Assembly (NCBI GenBank): GCA_033762115.1
Contig: JANRLX010000027.1
Coordinates: 31,291 to 95,290, forward strand
Direction of reading: 5' to 3'
DNA: 64,000 nucleotides
Source of the DNA: Verrucomicrobiota bacterium
Lineage (GTDB): Bacteria; Verrucomicrobiota; Verrucomicrobiia; Limisphaerales; SXQI01
Below the pieces are notes generated by a model, which worked only from the letters and a program-made list of their open reading frames with translations, searched no databases and was not told the DNA's origin. Position numbers and translations under genes: made by a program. This document shows positions 49,965-58,817 of the stretch, in pieces. Numbering within the stretch: the first letter of the stretch is position 1; each line of letters starts with the position of its first letter.

Positions 49965-50909
49965 ATGAAATCCATCACTGAACTCATGAAAAATAACGTC
50001 GTCCTGGGGGATGGCGGTTACCTTATCGAACTCGAACGCCGCGGTTATGTCGATAGCGGCTCCGGCCGGGAAAAAGTCGGCACCGGTCGCGGCAGCGGCC
50101 AGTTCACACCCGAAGTCGCTGTCGAACAGCCCGACGCCTTGCGCGAGTTGCATCGCGAATTTTTAAATGCCGGTTCCCAGGTCCTTCAGGCCCTCACCTT
50201 TTTCGGTACCCGCGAAAAACTGAACCGCGCCGGTTACGGCGCTCAGACCGAATCCATCAATGCCGCCGCGGTCAAGCTCGCCAGGGAAATCGCCGGTGAC
50301 AAGGCCCTCGTCGCAGGCAGTGTTTCCCGCACCCAGCTCACCGAACGCGAAGGAATGGAGTCCCTCGGTAAATCACGCGACCATATTGCCGAGCAGATCC
50401 GCCTGCTCAAGGATGCCGGGGTCGATTTCCTCATTCTTGAAACCTTCTTTCATCTCGCCGAAATGAAAGTGGCCCTTGAATGCGCCTCCGCTGCCGGTCT
50501 CCCTGCTGTCGCCACCATGAGCTTCCGCCCGCTCATCACCAAATGCACCGATGGGTTCACCCCCGCCGAATGCGCCAGGGCCATGGCCGACCTGGGTGCC
50601 ATCGCCGTCGGTGCCAATTGCGAACAGGACCCTGCTCGCATGCTGCCTCTCCTTCGCGAAATGCGTGCCGCCACCAATGTCCCCATCGCTGCCCAACCCG
50701 CCGCTTTCCACACCACCGAGGAATGCCACAGCTTCACTCGCCTTCCCGCATTTCCGGATGATCTTGAAACCATCCAGGTCTCACGCACTGAATTCCTGAA
50801 CTTCGGAAAAATTGCCCGTCAGGAAGGCATCGGTTTCCTGGGCGGCTGCTGCGGCTGCAATGCCGCTTACATTCGCTCCCTTGCTTCTGGGATTCAGTCC
50901 GCAAAATAA
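49965..50909 (+). CDS. Homocysteine S-methyltransferase, BHMT-like
   Basis: GDGG...LERRGYV, TPE...P.ALRELHREFL.AGS.V.Q..TF, GANC, QP.A.HT, LP.FP..LE, GGCC (Zn ligands). Confidence 0.9.
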   Translation: MKSITELMKNNVVLGDGGYLIELERRGYVDSGSGREKVGTGRGSGQFTPEVAVEQPDALRELHREFLNAGSQVLQALTFFGTREKLNRAGYGAQTESINAAAVKLAREIAGDKALVAGSVSRTQLTEREGMESLGKSRDHIAEQIRLLKDAGVDFLILETFFHLAEMKVALECASAAGLPAVATMSFRPLITKCTDGFTPAECARAMADLGAIAVGANCEQDPARMLPLLREMRAATNVPIAAQPAAFHTTEECHSFTRLPAFPDDLETIQVSRTEFLNFGKIARQEGIGFLGGCCGCNAAYIRSLASGIQSAK

Positions 50910-50923
50910 TCCCTTCTACGGAG

Positions 50924-51640
50924 ATGAACATCGTTCTCCACCCAAACGCTGAACAGGCCAACACCGCCGCCGCAAGGTTGCTGTTGGATTGGCTCCTGCC
51001 ACCCTCCACCCGCAATGTCATGGTTGCGGCTGGCAACACTCCCCTCGAACTCTATCGCAAAGTCGGTGAACAACAACGCCAACTCTCCCACCTGAATATC
51101 TTTGCCCTGGACGAGTATGTTGGTGTTCCGCTTGAGGAACCTCGGAATTGCGCCAATCTCATTCGCCGTTCTGTCATTGAGTCCTGGCGCATCCCTCCCG
51201 CTCAATACCATTCCGTAAGCTCCCTGGAACAGGATGCCCTGCAAAGCGTTGCTCAACATGAACGCAGGATCGCTGCCTTTGGCGGTCTGGATGTGATTAT
51301 CCTCGGCCTCGGCCAGAATGGCCACCTCGGTTTCAATGAACCAGGCAGCGCCAGCGATTCCGTGGGCCGGTTGCTTGATCTCCAACCCATTTCCATCGAA
51401 GCCAATCGAAAATGGTTTGGTGGCGATTACGCTCCATCCAAAGGTGTTACCGTCGGCATGAAAACCATCCTTTCCGCTCGCAGGGTCATGATCCTTGCTT
51501 ACGGACCGCACAAAACAGCCGCTGTCAAAGCCATGGTTAATGGTCCCGTCACCGCGGAATGTCCGGCTTCCTTTTTGCAGAATCATCCGCATGTCCGTCT
51601 CTTCCTGGATGAAGCTGCGGCAAAGGATCTCGCCCCATGA
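50924..51640 (+). CDS. nagB: Glucosamine-6-phosphate deaminase-like protein
   Basis: GNTP, LDEYVG, LGLGQNGHLGFNEPGS, TVG..TI, K..AV, CPASFLQ.H. Confidence 0.88.
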   Translation: MNIVLHPNAEQANTAAARLLLDWLLPPSTRNVMVAAGNTPLELYRKVGEQQRQLSHLNIFALDEYVGVPLEEPRNCANLIRRSVIESWRIPPAQYHSVSSLEQDALQSVAQHERRIAAFGGLDVIILGLGQNGHLGFNEPGSASDSVGRLLDLQPISIEANRKWFGGDYAPSKGVTVGMKTILSARRVMILAYGPHKTAAVKAMVNGPVTAECPASFLQNHPHVRLFLDEAAAKDLAP

Positions 51641-52560
51641 GCCCTCCTTCTTTTACTGCCCTGGGCATTGATGTCGGCGGGACCAAAATCGCTGCTGGCC
51701 TCGTAACCTTCCCTCAATGTCTCGTCGGTCCCCGAAAAACGATCCGCACCGCACCCCTTCGCGGCTCACATGCCGTCCTTGACGATGTCGAACATCTTGT
51801 GCGGGAACTCACCTTGGAAGCCGCTGACGCAGCCATCTCGATTGATGCCATCGGCCTGGGAATTTGCGAAATCGTGACCTCATCCGGCGACATCGCCAGT
51901 TCCAATTGTATCCATTGGCCTGGCACAATGGGCCGTGACCGCCTTGCCTCTTTTGCCCCCGTTATCATTGAGGCCGATGTCCGCGCAGCCGCACGGGCGG
52001 AAGCCCTTTTCGGTGCCGGTCAAAACCGTGGTTCTTTTCTCTACATCTCAATTGGCACCGGCATTTCCTGCTCTCTGGTTATCCAGGGCAAACCGTTCCT
52101 CGGCGCTCGTGGCGCCACCGGGACCATGGCCAGCGGACCCTTTCCCGGGTACCGGGAAATCGCCTCCAAAAATGTGCTTCCCCCTCTGGAACAGATCGCT
52201 TCAGGCGCAGGGCTCGTCGCTCGTTTCAATGCTCTCCATGGAAATGCCACCTCCGCTCAAGAGGTCCTTGCCGCTGCCGACCATGGAAACGAACATGCCA
52301 TCCATATTCTCGATTCTGCTGCCAAGGCCCTGGGCGGAAGCATCGGTACGCTCGTTAATGTCCTTGATCCCGAAGCCGTCATCCTGGGCGGTGGTTTGGG
52401 TTCTCTTCCCGGGCGGTATCACGACCGTCTGGTGGAATTCGCCCGCCACCATATCTGGTGGCAAGGGCATCGCGATCTTCCCATCCTCCTCGCCGCCACC
52501 GGCCCGGATGCCGGGCTCATCGGTGCAGCCGCTTCTGCCTGGAAACATTTCTCCCCCTAA
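51637..52560 (+). CDS. ROK family sugar kinase (atypical)
   Basis: GIDVGGTK, D...AA.AE, GTGI, DPE.VILGGG, AG.IGAA. No HTH. Confidence 0.88.
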   Translation: MSPPSFTALGIDVGGTKIAAGLVTFPQCLVGPRKTIRTAPLRGSHAVLDDVEHLVRELTLEAADAAISIDAIGLGICEIVTSSGDIASSNCIHWPGTMGRDRLASFAPVIIEADVRAAARAEALFGAGQNRGSFLYISIGTGISCSLVIQGKPFLGARGATGTMASGPFPGYREIASKNVLPPLEQIASGAGLVARFNALHGNATSAQEVLAAADHGNEHAIHILDSAAKALGGSIGTLVNVLDPEAVILGGGLGSLPGRYHDRLVEFARHHIWWQGHRDLPILLAATGPDAGLIGAAASAWKHFSP

Positions 52561-52628
52561 CCAGCAGCTTCCCAATCCATCGGTGGTTGCCTCCTCAGGC
52601 ACGCCCACCTCAACCGACTCAAATTAAA

Positions 52629-52667
52629 ATACTGTTTTTATTGACAATATACTGTTCAAAATGACAA
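52629..52667. repeat. Tandem 19-bp imperfect direct repeat containing TTGACA (operator/promoter-like)
   Basis: atactgtttttattgacaa and atactgttcaaaatgacaa, 15/19 identical, period 20 bp. Confidence 0.6.
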
Positions 52668-52705
52668 CTTATTCCCGGAAAAGGACAACGTGAATAGTAA
52701 AACCA

Positions 52706-53113
52706 TGAAATAAACAATAATTCTTACCGGCACCGCAGCCACACACGGCCCTGGAACAAGCACCCATGATTTCACTGATCGACGGGTGCTCGTGCGATGG
52801 CCAGCCGAAGGATGCCCTGGCGGTAACCACCATGACCCTCCTCCTTAAAAAGGCCGATTATGGTCAACGCCATTTCCATGCCTATGAGCAAAGCAGGCAA
52901 CCCAGCCATGCTGGATGGCTTCCAAGCCATATTATTATGAACACCAAAAAATCATTACCTCTCCCCAGCTTGAGTTATCGAAAACGCTTTCAACCCAGAT
53001 CCATGAGCTGCGGTCAATCCGCTGCGGCAAAGACGAAACCCTGTTTCACCAATTCCCACTTATTCCCACTTCCTCCTGCAACCAGTGAAGCAGACCAGCC
53101 ATGGGTCAGATGA
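52706..53113 (+). pseudogene. Possible degenerate gene remnant or hypothetical 115-aa ORF
   Basis: ATG AAA TAA is followed in frame by TIILTGTAA. Short ORFs follow in other frames (52766-53113, 52915-53088). No family recognised. Confidence 0.25.
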
Positions 53114-53121
53114 CCGAAACC

Positions 53122-55122
53122 CTATTTCTCATCCATTTTAATCTCTCCAAGCCATTCGGATGGAGGATGTTTCTGGTACTTGATGCAGAAATCGCGATAA
53201 AAGATCGATGGACCGTCACTGGCTTTCATTGCCAGGATCTCCTCGAATGTCACCTGCGCAGCGGAGAATTCACCATCGCAAAATTTTCGCATCCCTTCCC
53301 GGAACTTCTCCCGCCACGGTTTGCTGCTTTCAGCCACATCAAGATTCCCAATCAACTCATGAATCTTCACCACCCGGTCCAATCCCTTGAACCGGAAATG
53401 CCCCACCGGTCGCGTCACGAAAAGCTTCGGCACATGCTCCAGCAAATCGTCCGTCAGCAAAATATCGGTTCCCAGGTATTTGTTCAGTCCTTCCAATCTC
53501 GCTGCAAGGTTGATGGCCGGTCCCACTGCCGTGTAATCAAATCGTTCCCTGCTGCCGATATTGCCAACACTTGCCTCCCCGGTATGCATGCCAACTCGCG
53601 TTTTTAACCGGAAACTTTCATTCTCCGCCTCAAACTCGATTAACCGCTCCCGCAGCAGCAACGCTGCCCGGCAGGCAAGTTCCGCATGGTTCGGTTGCGG
53701 CTCAGGCGCGTTCCACACTGCGAATACCGCATCACCAATCAATTTGATCACAGTCCCGTTCGTGTCCTTGACGCATGGCAGGACTGCCTCGAAATACTGG
53801 TTCAGCAATTGCATCAATTCTCCCAGCCGCGTCCGATCACAGATGGTCGAAAAACTCTGGATATCACTGAATAAAATACTGATCACCTGCGGGTGCGCCC
53901 CCGGTTCAAGCAGTTCCCTGCGCTTTGCCAGTTGCCGCGCCCGTTCCGGAGAAAGATGCAGGCTTAACGAATGCTCCAGGTTTTTTACCTCAACATATGC
54001 CTGCAATGTCGATGCCGTGATCGAACAACCCAGGGCCACCGGGACCTGGATTGCAACCGGGATCAGCCAGGCGAACCACCAGTTGAACTGGAGATGGGTG
54101 GCGCACCCTGTTCCAAAAATCAGGAACGCTGTTCCAAATGCCACAAGGATCGAAACCAGCGGCCCAAATTGCGGCAGGAAAAATCCCAGCCCCAATCCAA
54201 CCAGGACAATGATGACGATCTCGGCAGCGGGGGATCGTTTCAACCAATCCCCATTCAGCACGTTCGCCAATGTCAATGCATGGACTTCAACTCCATAAAC
54301 AAAATCGTTGTCCAGCGGGGTCCAGGGTGACCTGAACTGTTCCTTTTCCTCACCCGCATAGCCAGCTTCCGTCGCTCGCCCGATGAAGATCACTTTGCCC
54401 GCCACGGCATTGGACCATTTCTCAGGGGCAAGGAGTAACTCGGCATACGGAATTTTCAGAAACGGATGCGGCCCATAATAATTCAACCACATCTCCTGAT
54501 TCGGGCCCCCGATATTCGTCGTGCTCACCCCGAGCATTTCCGCCACCTTGAACGGCAACGAACGGAACCGCTCAGTCCCGGAGTAAATCCGCCTCGCTTC
54601 ACGGTCCGCGTCCGCTGCGATGCTGGCCAATCCAAAAGGCAACGCTTCCAGTGGGGGAACAGCCCGTTCCAGTTTCGTTTCCGTCACGCCATTCTGCTTT
54701 CGGGAAAAGAGGCCCGCCCCAAGAATCACGTTTCCGAAGTTGGTGCTTGCCCGGTAAAAGGCAGCATCGCTTTCCGGTGCCCCACTCTTGTCCAGAAAAA
54801 GAATGTCAAAGGCCGCCAGCCTGGCCCCAAACTGTTGCAGATGGTCAACCAGATGCCCATGCAATGCCCGGTCAAAAGAAGCCGGGCTTTGCTCCAGGTC
54901 CTGGAAGCTCCGGTCATCCATCTGCACGATTGCAATGTTTGAAACCGTGCCGCTGCTTCGAAAAAGCATGAAAGGCAGGTCGTAACTGTACTGTCTAAGG
55001 CTTCGCCCCAATGGAAGGAAAACAAATGCAAGCCCAACCAGGCAGGTCAGAACTGAAGCAATGATGCTTCGCCGCGACAGTTTGAAATAATTGCGCAGCC
55101 TGTTCCGGTGTGACTTCATCAC
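53122..55122 (-). CDS. CHASE2-domain class III adenylate cyclase
   Basis: N-terminal TM, CHASE2 (YD, DD.S, R, FDILF, D.D...R, YGVEVHA), three TM. Cyclase motifs FSDI..F, IKLIGD, G.HTG, DYTAVG..INLAARLE. Confidence 0.93.
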   Translation of the reverse strand: MMKSHRNRLRNYFKLSRRSIIASVLTCLVGLAFVFLPLGRSLRQYSYDLPFMLFRSSGTVSNIAIVQMDDRSFQDLEQSPASFDRALHGHLVDHLQQFGARLAAFDILFLDKSGAPESDAAFYRASTNFGNVILGAGLFSRKQNGVTETKLERAVPPLEALPFGLASIAADADREARRIYSGTERFRSLPFKVAEMLGVSTTNIGGPNQEMWLNYYGPHPFLKIPYAELLLAPEKWSNAVAGKVIFIGRATEAGYAGEEKEQFRSPWTPLDNDFVYGVEVHALTLANVLNGDWLKRSPAAEIVIIVLVGLGLGFFLPQFGPLVSILVAFGTAFLIFGTGCATHLQFNWWFAWLIPVAIQVPVALGCSITASTLQAYVEVKNLEHSLSLHLSPERARQLAKRRELLEPGAHPQVISILFSDIQSFSTICDRTRLGELMQLLNQYFEAVLPCVKDTNGTVIKLIGDAVFAVWNAPEPQPNHAELACRAALLLRERLIEFEAENESFRLKTRVGMHTGEASVGNIGSRERFDYTAVGPAINLAARLEGLNKYLGTDILLTDDLLEHVPKLFVTRPVGHFRFKGLDRVVKIHELIGNLDVAESSKPWREKFREGMRKFCDGEFSAAQVTFEEILAMKASDGPSIFYRDFCIKYQKHPPSEWLGEIKMDEK

Positions 55123-58100
55123 AAGTTCAGCCGGAAACTTGCCCGGACCGCCCGTCCCCGTGGCAAGGTTTGATAAGTGCTCAGAGGATGGAGACGATAA
55201 TCCTCGTCTGTCAGATTGATAAACCCAATAACCACTTCCGCCTGTCGGCGGGGAAAGCGATATCCAACGTACGCATTGAACTGCCAGAATTCCTCATCCT
55301 GGATCGTCAGGTCCTGCTCTCCACTTTGACGATAACCAGTGGCGTCACTGCTGAAGAAAATCCCGGACGTATGATTGAAATGCACCGAAGCTCCATAACG
55401 ATGAAACGTTGCCTCAAGGCGCTGAACGGTCGGGAAAAACGGGGCCAGTTCCGGAATTTCTGAATCGAGATTGCCACGGCTCGCCCGGTAATGCAGCCCA
55501 AGGGCGACGTAAGGCCCGACGAGTTGGTTCAGGTAAAGGTTGATTGCTTTCTCTTCAAATTCATTGTGCTGCCGCACACTCGAGGCAATGGCGGGGGTTT
55601 GGTTCCCTTCAAAAATTCCGATCTCGCGTGATCCATCAGACCGCAGCCATTGCGCCTGCCAGCCAAAGTAAGTGCCACTTTCAAGCCGAGTGTCCGATCC
55701 AAAATCAAGCATCCGCATTGTCGCCCCCGGCAGTCGACCGGACACTGTTTCCGGTGAAATGCTGCGATAGGCATGGTTGTACCCGCCAACCTGGGTGGGT
55801 TCCAGGCGGACGCTGTTTTCAAAAAAGAGTCCTCCAAGCGCGTGGGAGTACCCGGCATTCAGGACAGTGGAGGGGTGGATCGTCCAGGCCAGTCCGATCT
55901 TTGGAGAGACCTGCTCCTTGATGGCATTCTGTTCGCTCATGGGAAGGCTTTCACTGGCCGTTGGAAGTTCCAGCCGGTCGTAGCCAATCCCCGCTGTCAC
56001 TGTGATCGGGTCAATGAGGCGCCAGTAATCGTAGGCGTAGGCTTTCCATCGTTCCAGGTCTGCATCGAGCAATTGATTGGTCGTGACCCCGCTGTATTTA
56101 TCCTGAAAGAGGATGCTCCCCGTGAAGAGCAGGGATTGCCGGTTCTCAAGGTCTGCATTTTGCCATCCCCCGCCTGCCACCAGGGTGTGCTGGTCGGTGG
56201 TCCAAATCTGCTGGGCTTCGGCAACCATCGCGTCGAATTCACTGTCGCTTTCCAGGTTGAAAGGCCAGGTGGGAAACTGCTGGATGGTATTGGGCTGCCG
56301 ACCAAAAGTCCTGATTGCCGGGACGATTCCATTCAGGGTTGTTTCATCCCGCACATTGGCCAGCAGGATCAAGGTATGCGAGCCGGGGGACCATTGATGA
56401 TGGTAACCGGCGAACAGGTTTGGTTTTTGCTCACTTTCTGCCCGGAAATTCGGATTGGTTTGGAGAAATGGATCATATTTTTGTCCCACATCGCCAGCTT
56501 CCACCCGCGTATAGGTGACCTGAAAATAAATGTCATCAGCGGGGGTGAATCCCTGCTTGAACTGGATCGAAGCGGTCTCCTCCTCCAGATCGGAATTGGG
56601 AGCATCGCCTGCCAGGTTTCTGACGCTGCCTTCAATGGCGTAACTGAACCGGTCAATGTTGCCATACTGCACCCCTGAGTGGGCCCATTCTCCTTCGCTT
56701 AAATAGGAGCCGGCATAGCTGAAACCGAGCCGGTTTTTTTCGAAAAGCCTGGAGAATTCCTGTTGTGAAATTTGCGGGGACAGACGCGCTGCGCCGGGTG
56801 GGGCGAGCAGGTTGGAAATCAGGTACTCGCTGACAGTGGCGGTCTCGTAACGCACATCTCCGAAGGTTGGGTCGCGCAAGGCATTGAAGCTGTTTGCGAG
56901 GAAGAGATGCGCGGAAAAATTTCCGTAATCGCTTTGTACCGCCTGGCTGGCTTCCCGTACCGAGACTTCGCTCATGCCTGCATCCTGGTAAATCCTCGCA
57001 AGGTTGGCGCTCCGTACCGCGCTGTCCTGGTCCAGGAGCAGAGCGGAGCGAAACACTGCCCGGTTCGTGTTTAAAGTTTGGGATTTTTCGAGGGAGCGAA
57101 TCGCTTCATTCACCTGGCTGGTCAGGTGTTGGATCAGTGCTGCATAGAGCCATGGTGTGGGATCATTAGGGTCCATCGATTTGGCAATCTCCAATTCATG
57201 CAATGCTCGCCGAAGTTCACCGTCCTGCTGCAATCCTTTTGCAAGATAACTGCGCAGAATGGAACGGCGCGGTTCCAGCGAAGCAGCCACGAGCAGGTCG
57301 CGCTGACCTTCAGCTTTCCGACCTTTCCTGAACTGGAGCAGCCCCCGCCCCAGCCAGGCATTGCCAAAGGCCGCATTCAGTTCAATGGCCTGCTCAAACA
57401 TCTGAAATGCCTCGGTATGGCGATGGAGCGCTGAAAGAAGAAAGCCTTTGAGGGTCAGTGCATGGGCGTTTTTTGGGGCCAGCGCGAGGCCCCGATTAAC
57501 AGCTTCCAGTGCGCTCCCGGTTTGGCCAAAGCTGAATTGCAGTTCGGCGTAACGAGCCAGCGCAAAAGCGAAGGAAGCGTCATTGGTTGCGCGCTTTGCC
57601 ATGAGCAAGGCATTCGGCAGGTCAGCCCTTGATTGATACAGATAGGAGAGTGCCACCATTTCGGAGCTTGTCTGTGGTTCAACATTCTCGAGCGGAGCAT
57701 CCGGTTCGGTGACCTTGAGCATCAGTTGCAACGCCCGCCGGGCTGCGCTGTTTTCAGGAACACGGGCGAGCATTTCCCGCGCTTCATTGATCCTCCCGGA
57801 AAACAGAAGCAAACCGGCACGGTAAACCATTTCATCCTGATCAATTCCGGAGCGGTTTAATGGATATAATTCATAAGCCTTCGACAGGTCTCCTTCAAGG
57901 TAGGCCGCAGTCGATGGACGGATAGAGTCATTTAATTTTAATTCATTGAGGTTGAGCACCGCCGGATAGTAGAAACTCCATTGGGCGTATCTCGGATCAT
58001 TCAGTTCCATTTTGGAAACCGCTGGAGGTTTTCCCTGGATCGAGGTGCCCACTTCACCGCTGTTAATGAGTTTTTCTCCCGCTTCGTTGGCGAGATTAAC

Positions 58101-58571
58101 CTCTCCGTCATAAACCACGATTTCGGCGGTTTCATCAGTGACAATCCGGATCAACAGGTCGGTGCCGCGAAGTGCCGCAGTGGCTGTGGGCAATTCGAAA
58201 ACTGTGCCGGGCTGTTTTTCGCGGCTGAGCACGCGGAGAATCCCTCGTTTGGCAGCGATGTTTTGAGCAATGGGCACGCCGATCTCACCATACTCTTCAA
58301 CGGTGATGGTCATGCCGGAGGCGAGATAAACCTGGGCCCTGCTTTTTTCTCCTGTCCGAACCCGGTCACCAGCTCCGAGTGTTTGCCCCTGTGTTGCGGC
58401 GTTCCATTGCGGCTGGCCGCTTCGTTGAACTTCAACCGAACCTTGCAGGAGGGTGATTTGGTTGGTGCCTGAGGGGGAGGTGGCGTTTTGAGCGAGAAGG
58501 AGATGTTGAAAATTTATGCCGATTAGAAACACAGCGACCATGAGTTTAGAAAGCCGTGGTAATAAGCGCAT
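55119..58571 (-). CDS. FecR domain + TPR repeats + C-terminal outer-membrane beta-barrel protein
   Basis: Signal peptide, GDRVRTG..SRA, PTATAALRGT, V.DG.V, TPRs (LDPNDPTPWLY-like), barrel strands with SPKIG and INLTD. ATGA overlap with the cyclase. Start placed at ATG 58571. Confidence 0.88.
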   Translation of the reverse strand: MRLLPRLSKLMVAVFLIGINFQHLLLAQNATSPSGTNQITLLQGSVEVQRSGQPQWNAATQGQTLGAGDRVRTGEKSRAQVYLASGMTITVEEYGEIGVPIAQNIAAKRGILRVLSREKQPGTVFELPTATAALRGTDLLIRIVTDETAEIVVYDGEVNLANEAGEKLINSGEVGTSIQGKPPAVSKMELNDPRYAQWSFYYPAVLNLNELKLNDSIRPSTAAYLEGDLSKAYELYPLNRSGIDQDEMVYRAGLLLFSGRINEAREMLARVPENSAARRALQLMLKVTEPDAPLENVEPQTSSEMVALSYLYQSRADLPNALLMAKRATNDASFAFALARYAELQFSFGQTGSALEAVNRGLALAPKNAHALTLKGFLLSALHRHTEAFQMFEQAIELNAAFGNAWLGRGLLQFRKGRKAEGQRDLLVAASLEPRRSILRSYLAKGLQQDGELRRALHELEIAKSMDPNDPTPWLYAALIQHLTSQVNEAIRSLEKSQTLNTNRAVFRSALLLDQDSAVRSANLARIYQDAGMSEVSVREASQAVQSDYGNFSAHLFLANSFNALRDPTFGDVRYETATVSEYLISNLLAPPGAARLSPQISQQEFSRLFEKNRLGFSYAGSYLSEGEWAHSGVQYGNIDRFSYAIEGSVRNLAGDAPNSDLEEETASIQFKQGFTPADDIYFQVTYTRVEAGDVGQKYDPFLQTNPNFRAESEQKPNLFAGYHHQWSPGSHTLILLANVRDETTLNGIVPAIRTFGRQPNTIQQFPTWPFNLESDSEFDAMVAEAQQIWTTDQHTLVAGGGWQNADLENRQSLLFTGSILFQDKYSGVTTNQLLDADLERWKAYAYDYWRLIDPITVTAGIGYDRLELPTASESLPMSEQNAIKEQVSPKIGLAWTIHPSTVLNAGYSHALGGLFFENSVRLEPTQVGGYNHAYRSISPETVSGRLPGATMRMLDFGSDTRLESGTYFGWQAQWLRSDGSREIGIFEGNQTPAIASSVRQHNEFEEKAINLYLNQLVGPYVALGLHYRASRGNLDSEIPELAPFFPTVQRLEATFHRYGASVHFNHTSGIFFSSDATGYRQSGEQDLTIQDEEFWQFNAYVGYRFPRRQAEVVIGFINLTDEDYRLHPLSTYQTLPRGRAVRASFRLNL

Positions 58572-58817
58572 CGCACTTCTGATAGGGGTGAGGCTTGACA
58601 GGGTCAAGTAACAAAGCCGCAGATCGCGAGATGGAATCATTCCATTCTGCAAAAAAAGGGGCTGGTTGCTTCGGCAAAGTTCCTAAAATTCTTGCTTTTT
58701 AGTTTATTTTTAATACAAACGCCTGGTGATAAAGTTCTGTCTCGAAGCCTAAAGGCGCCAAACTGTACCAGGTCACCTTCTTCGACTCGTCCTGTCACAT
58801 TGAGCTTTGGGAAACCT

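Noticed and set aside
55773..56678. 301-aa plus-strand ORF (also 53561-54298)
   Set aside because: Antisense to the barrel and cyclase genes, with no family motifs.
58572..58817. Search for a CRP-type site (TGTGA-N6-TCACA) upstream of the giant gene
   Set aside because: Only a TCACA half-site (58795-58799) is present, with no matching left half at the right spacing.
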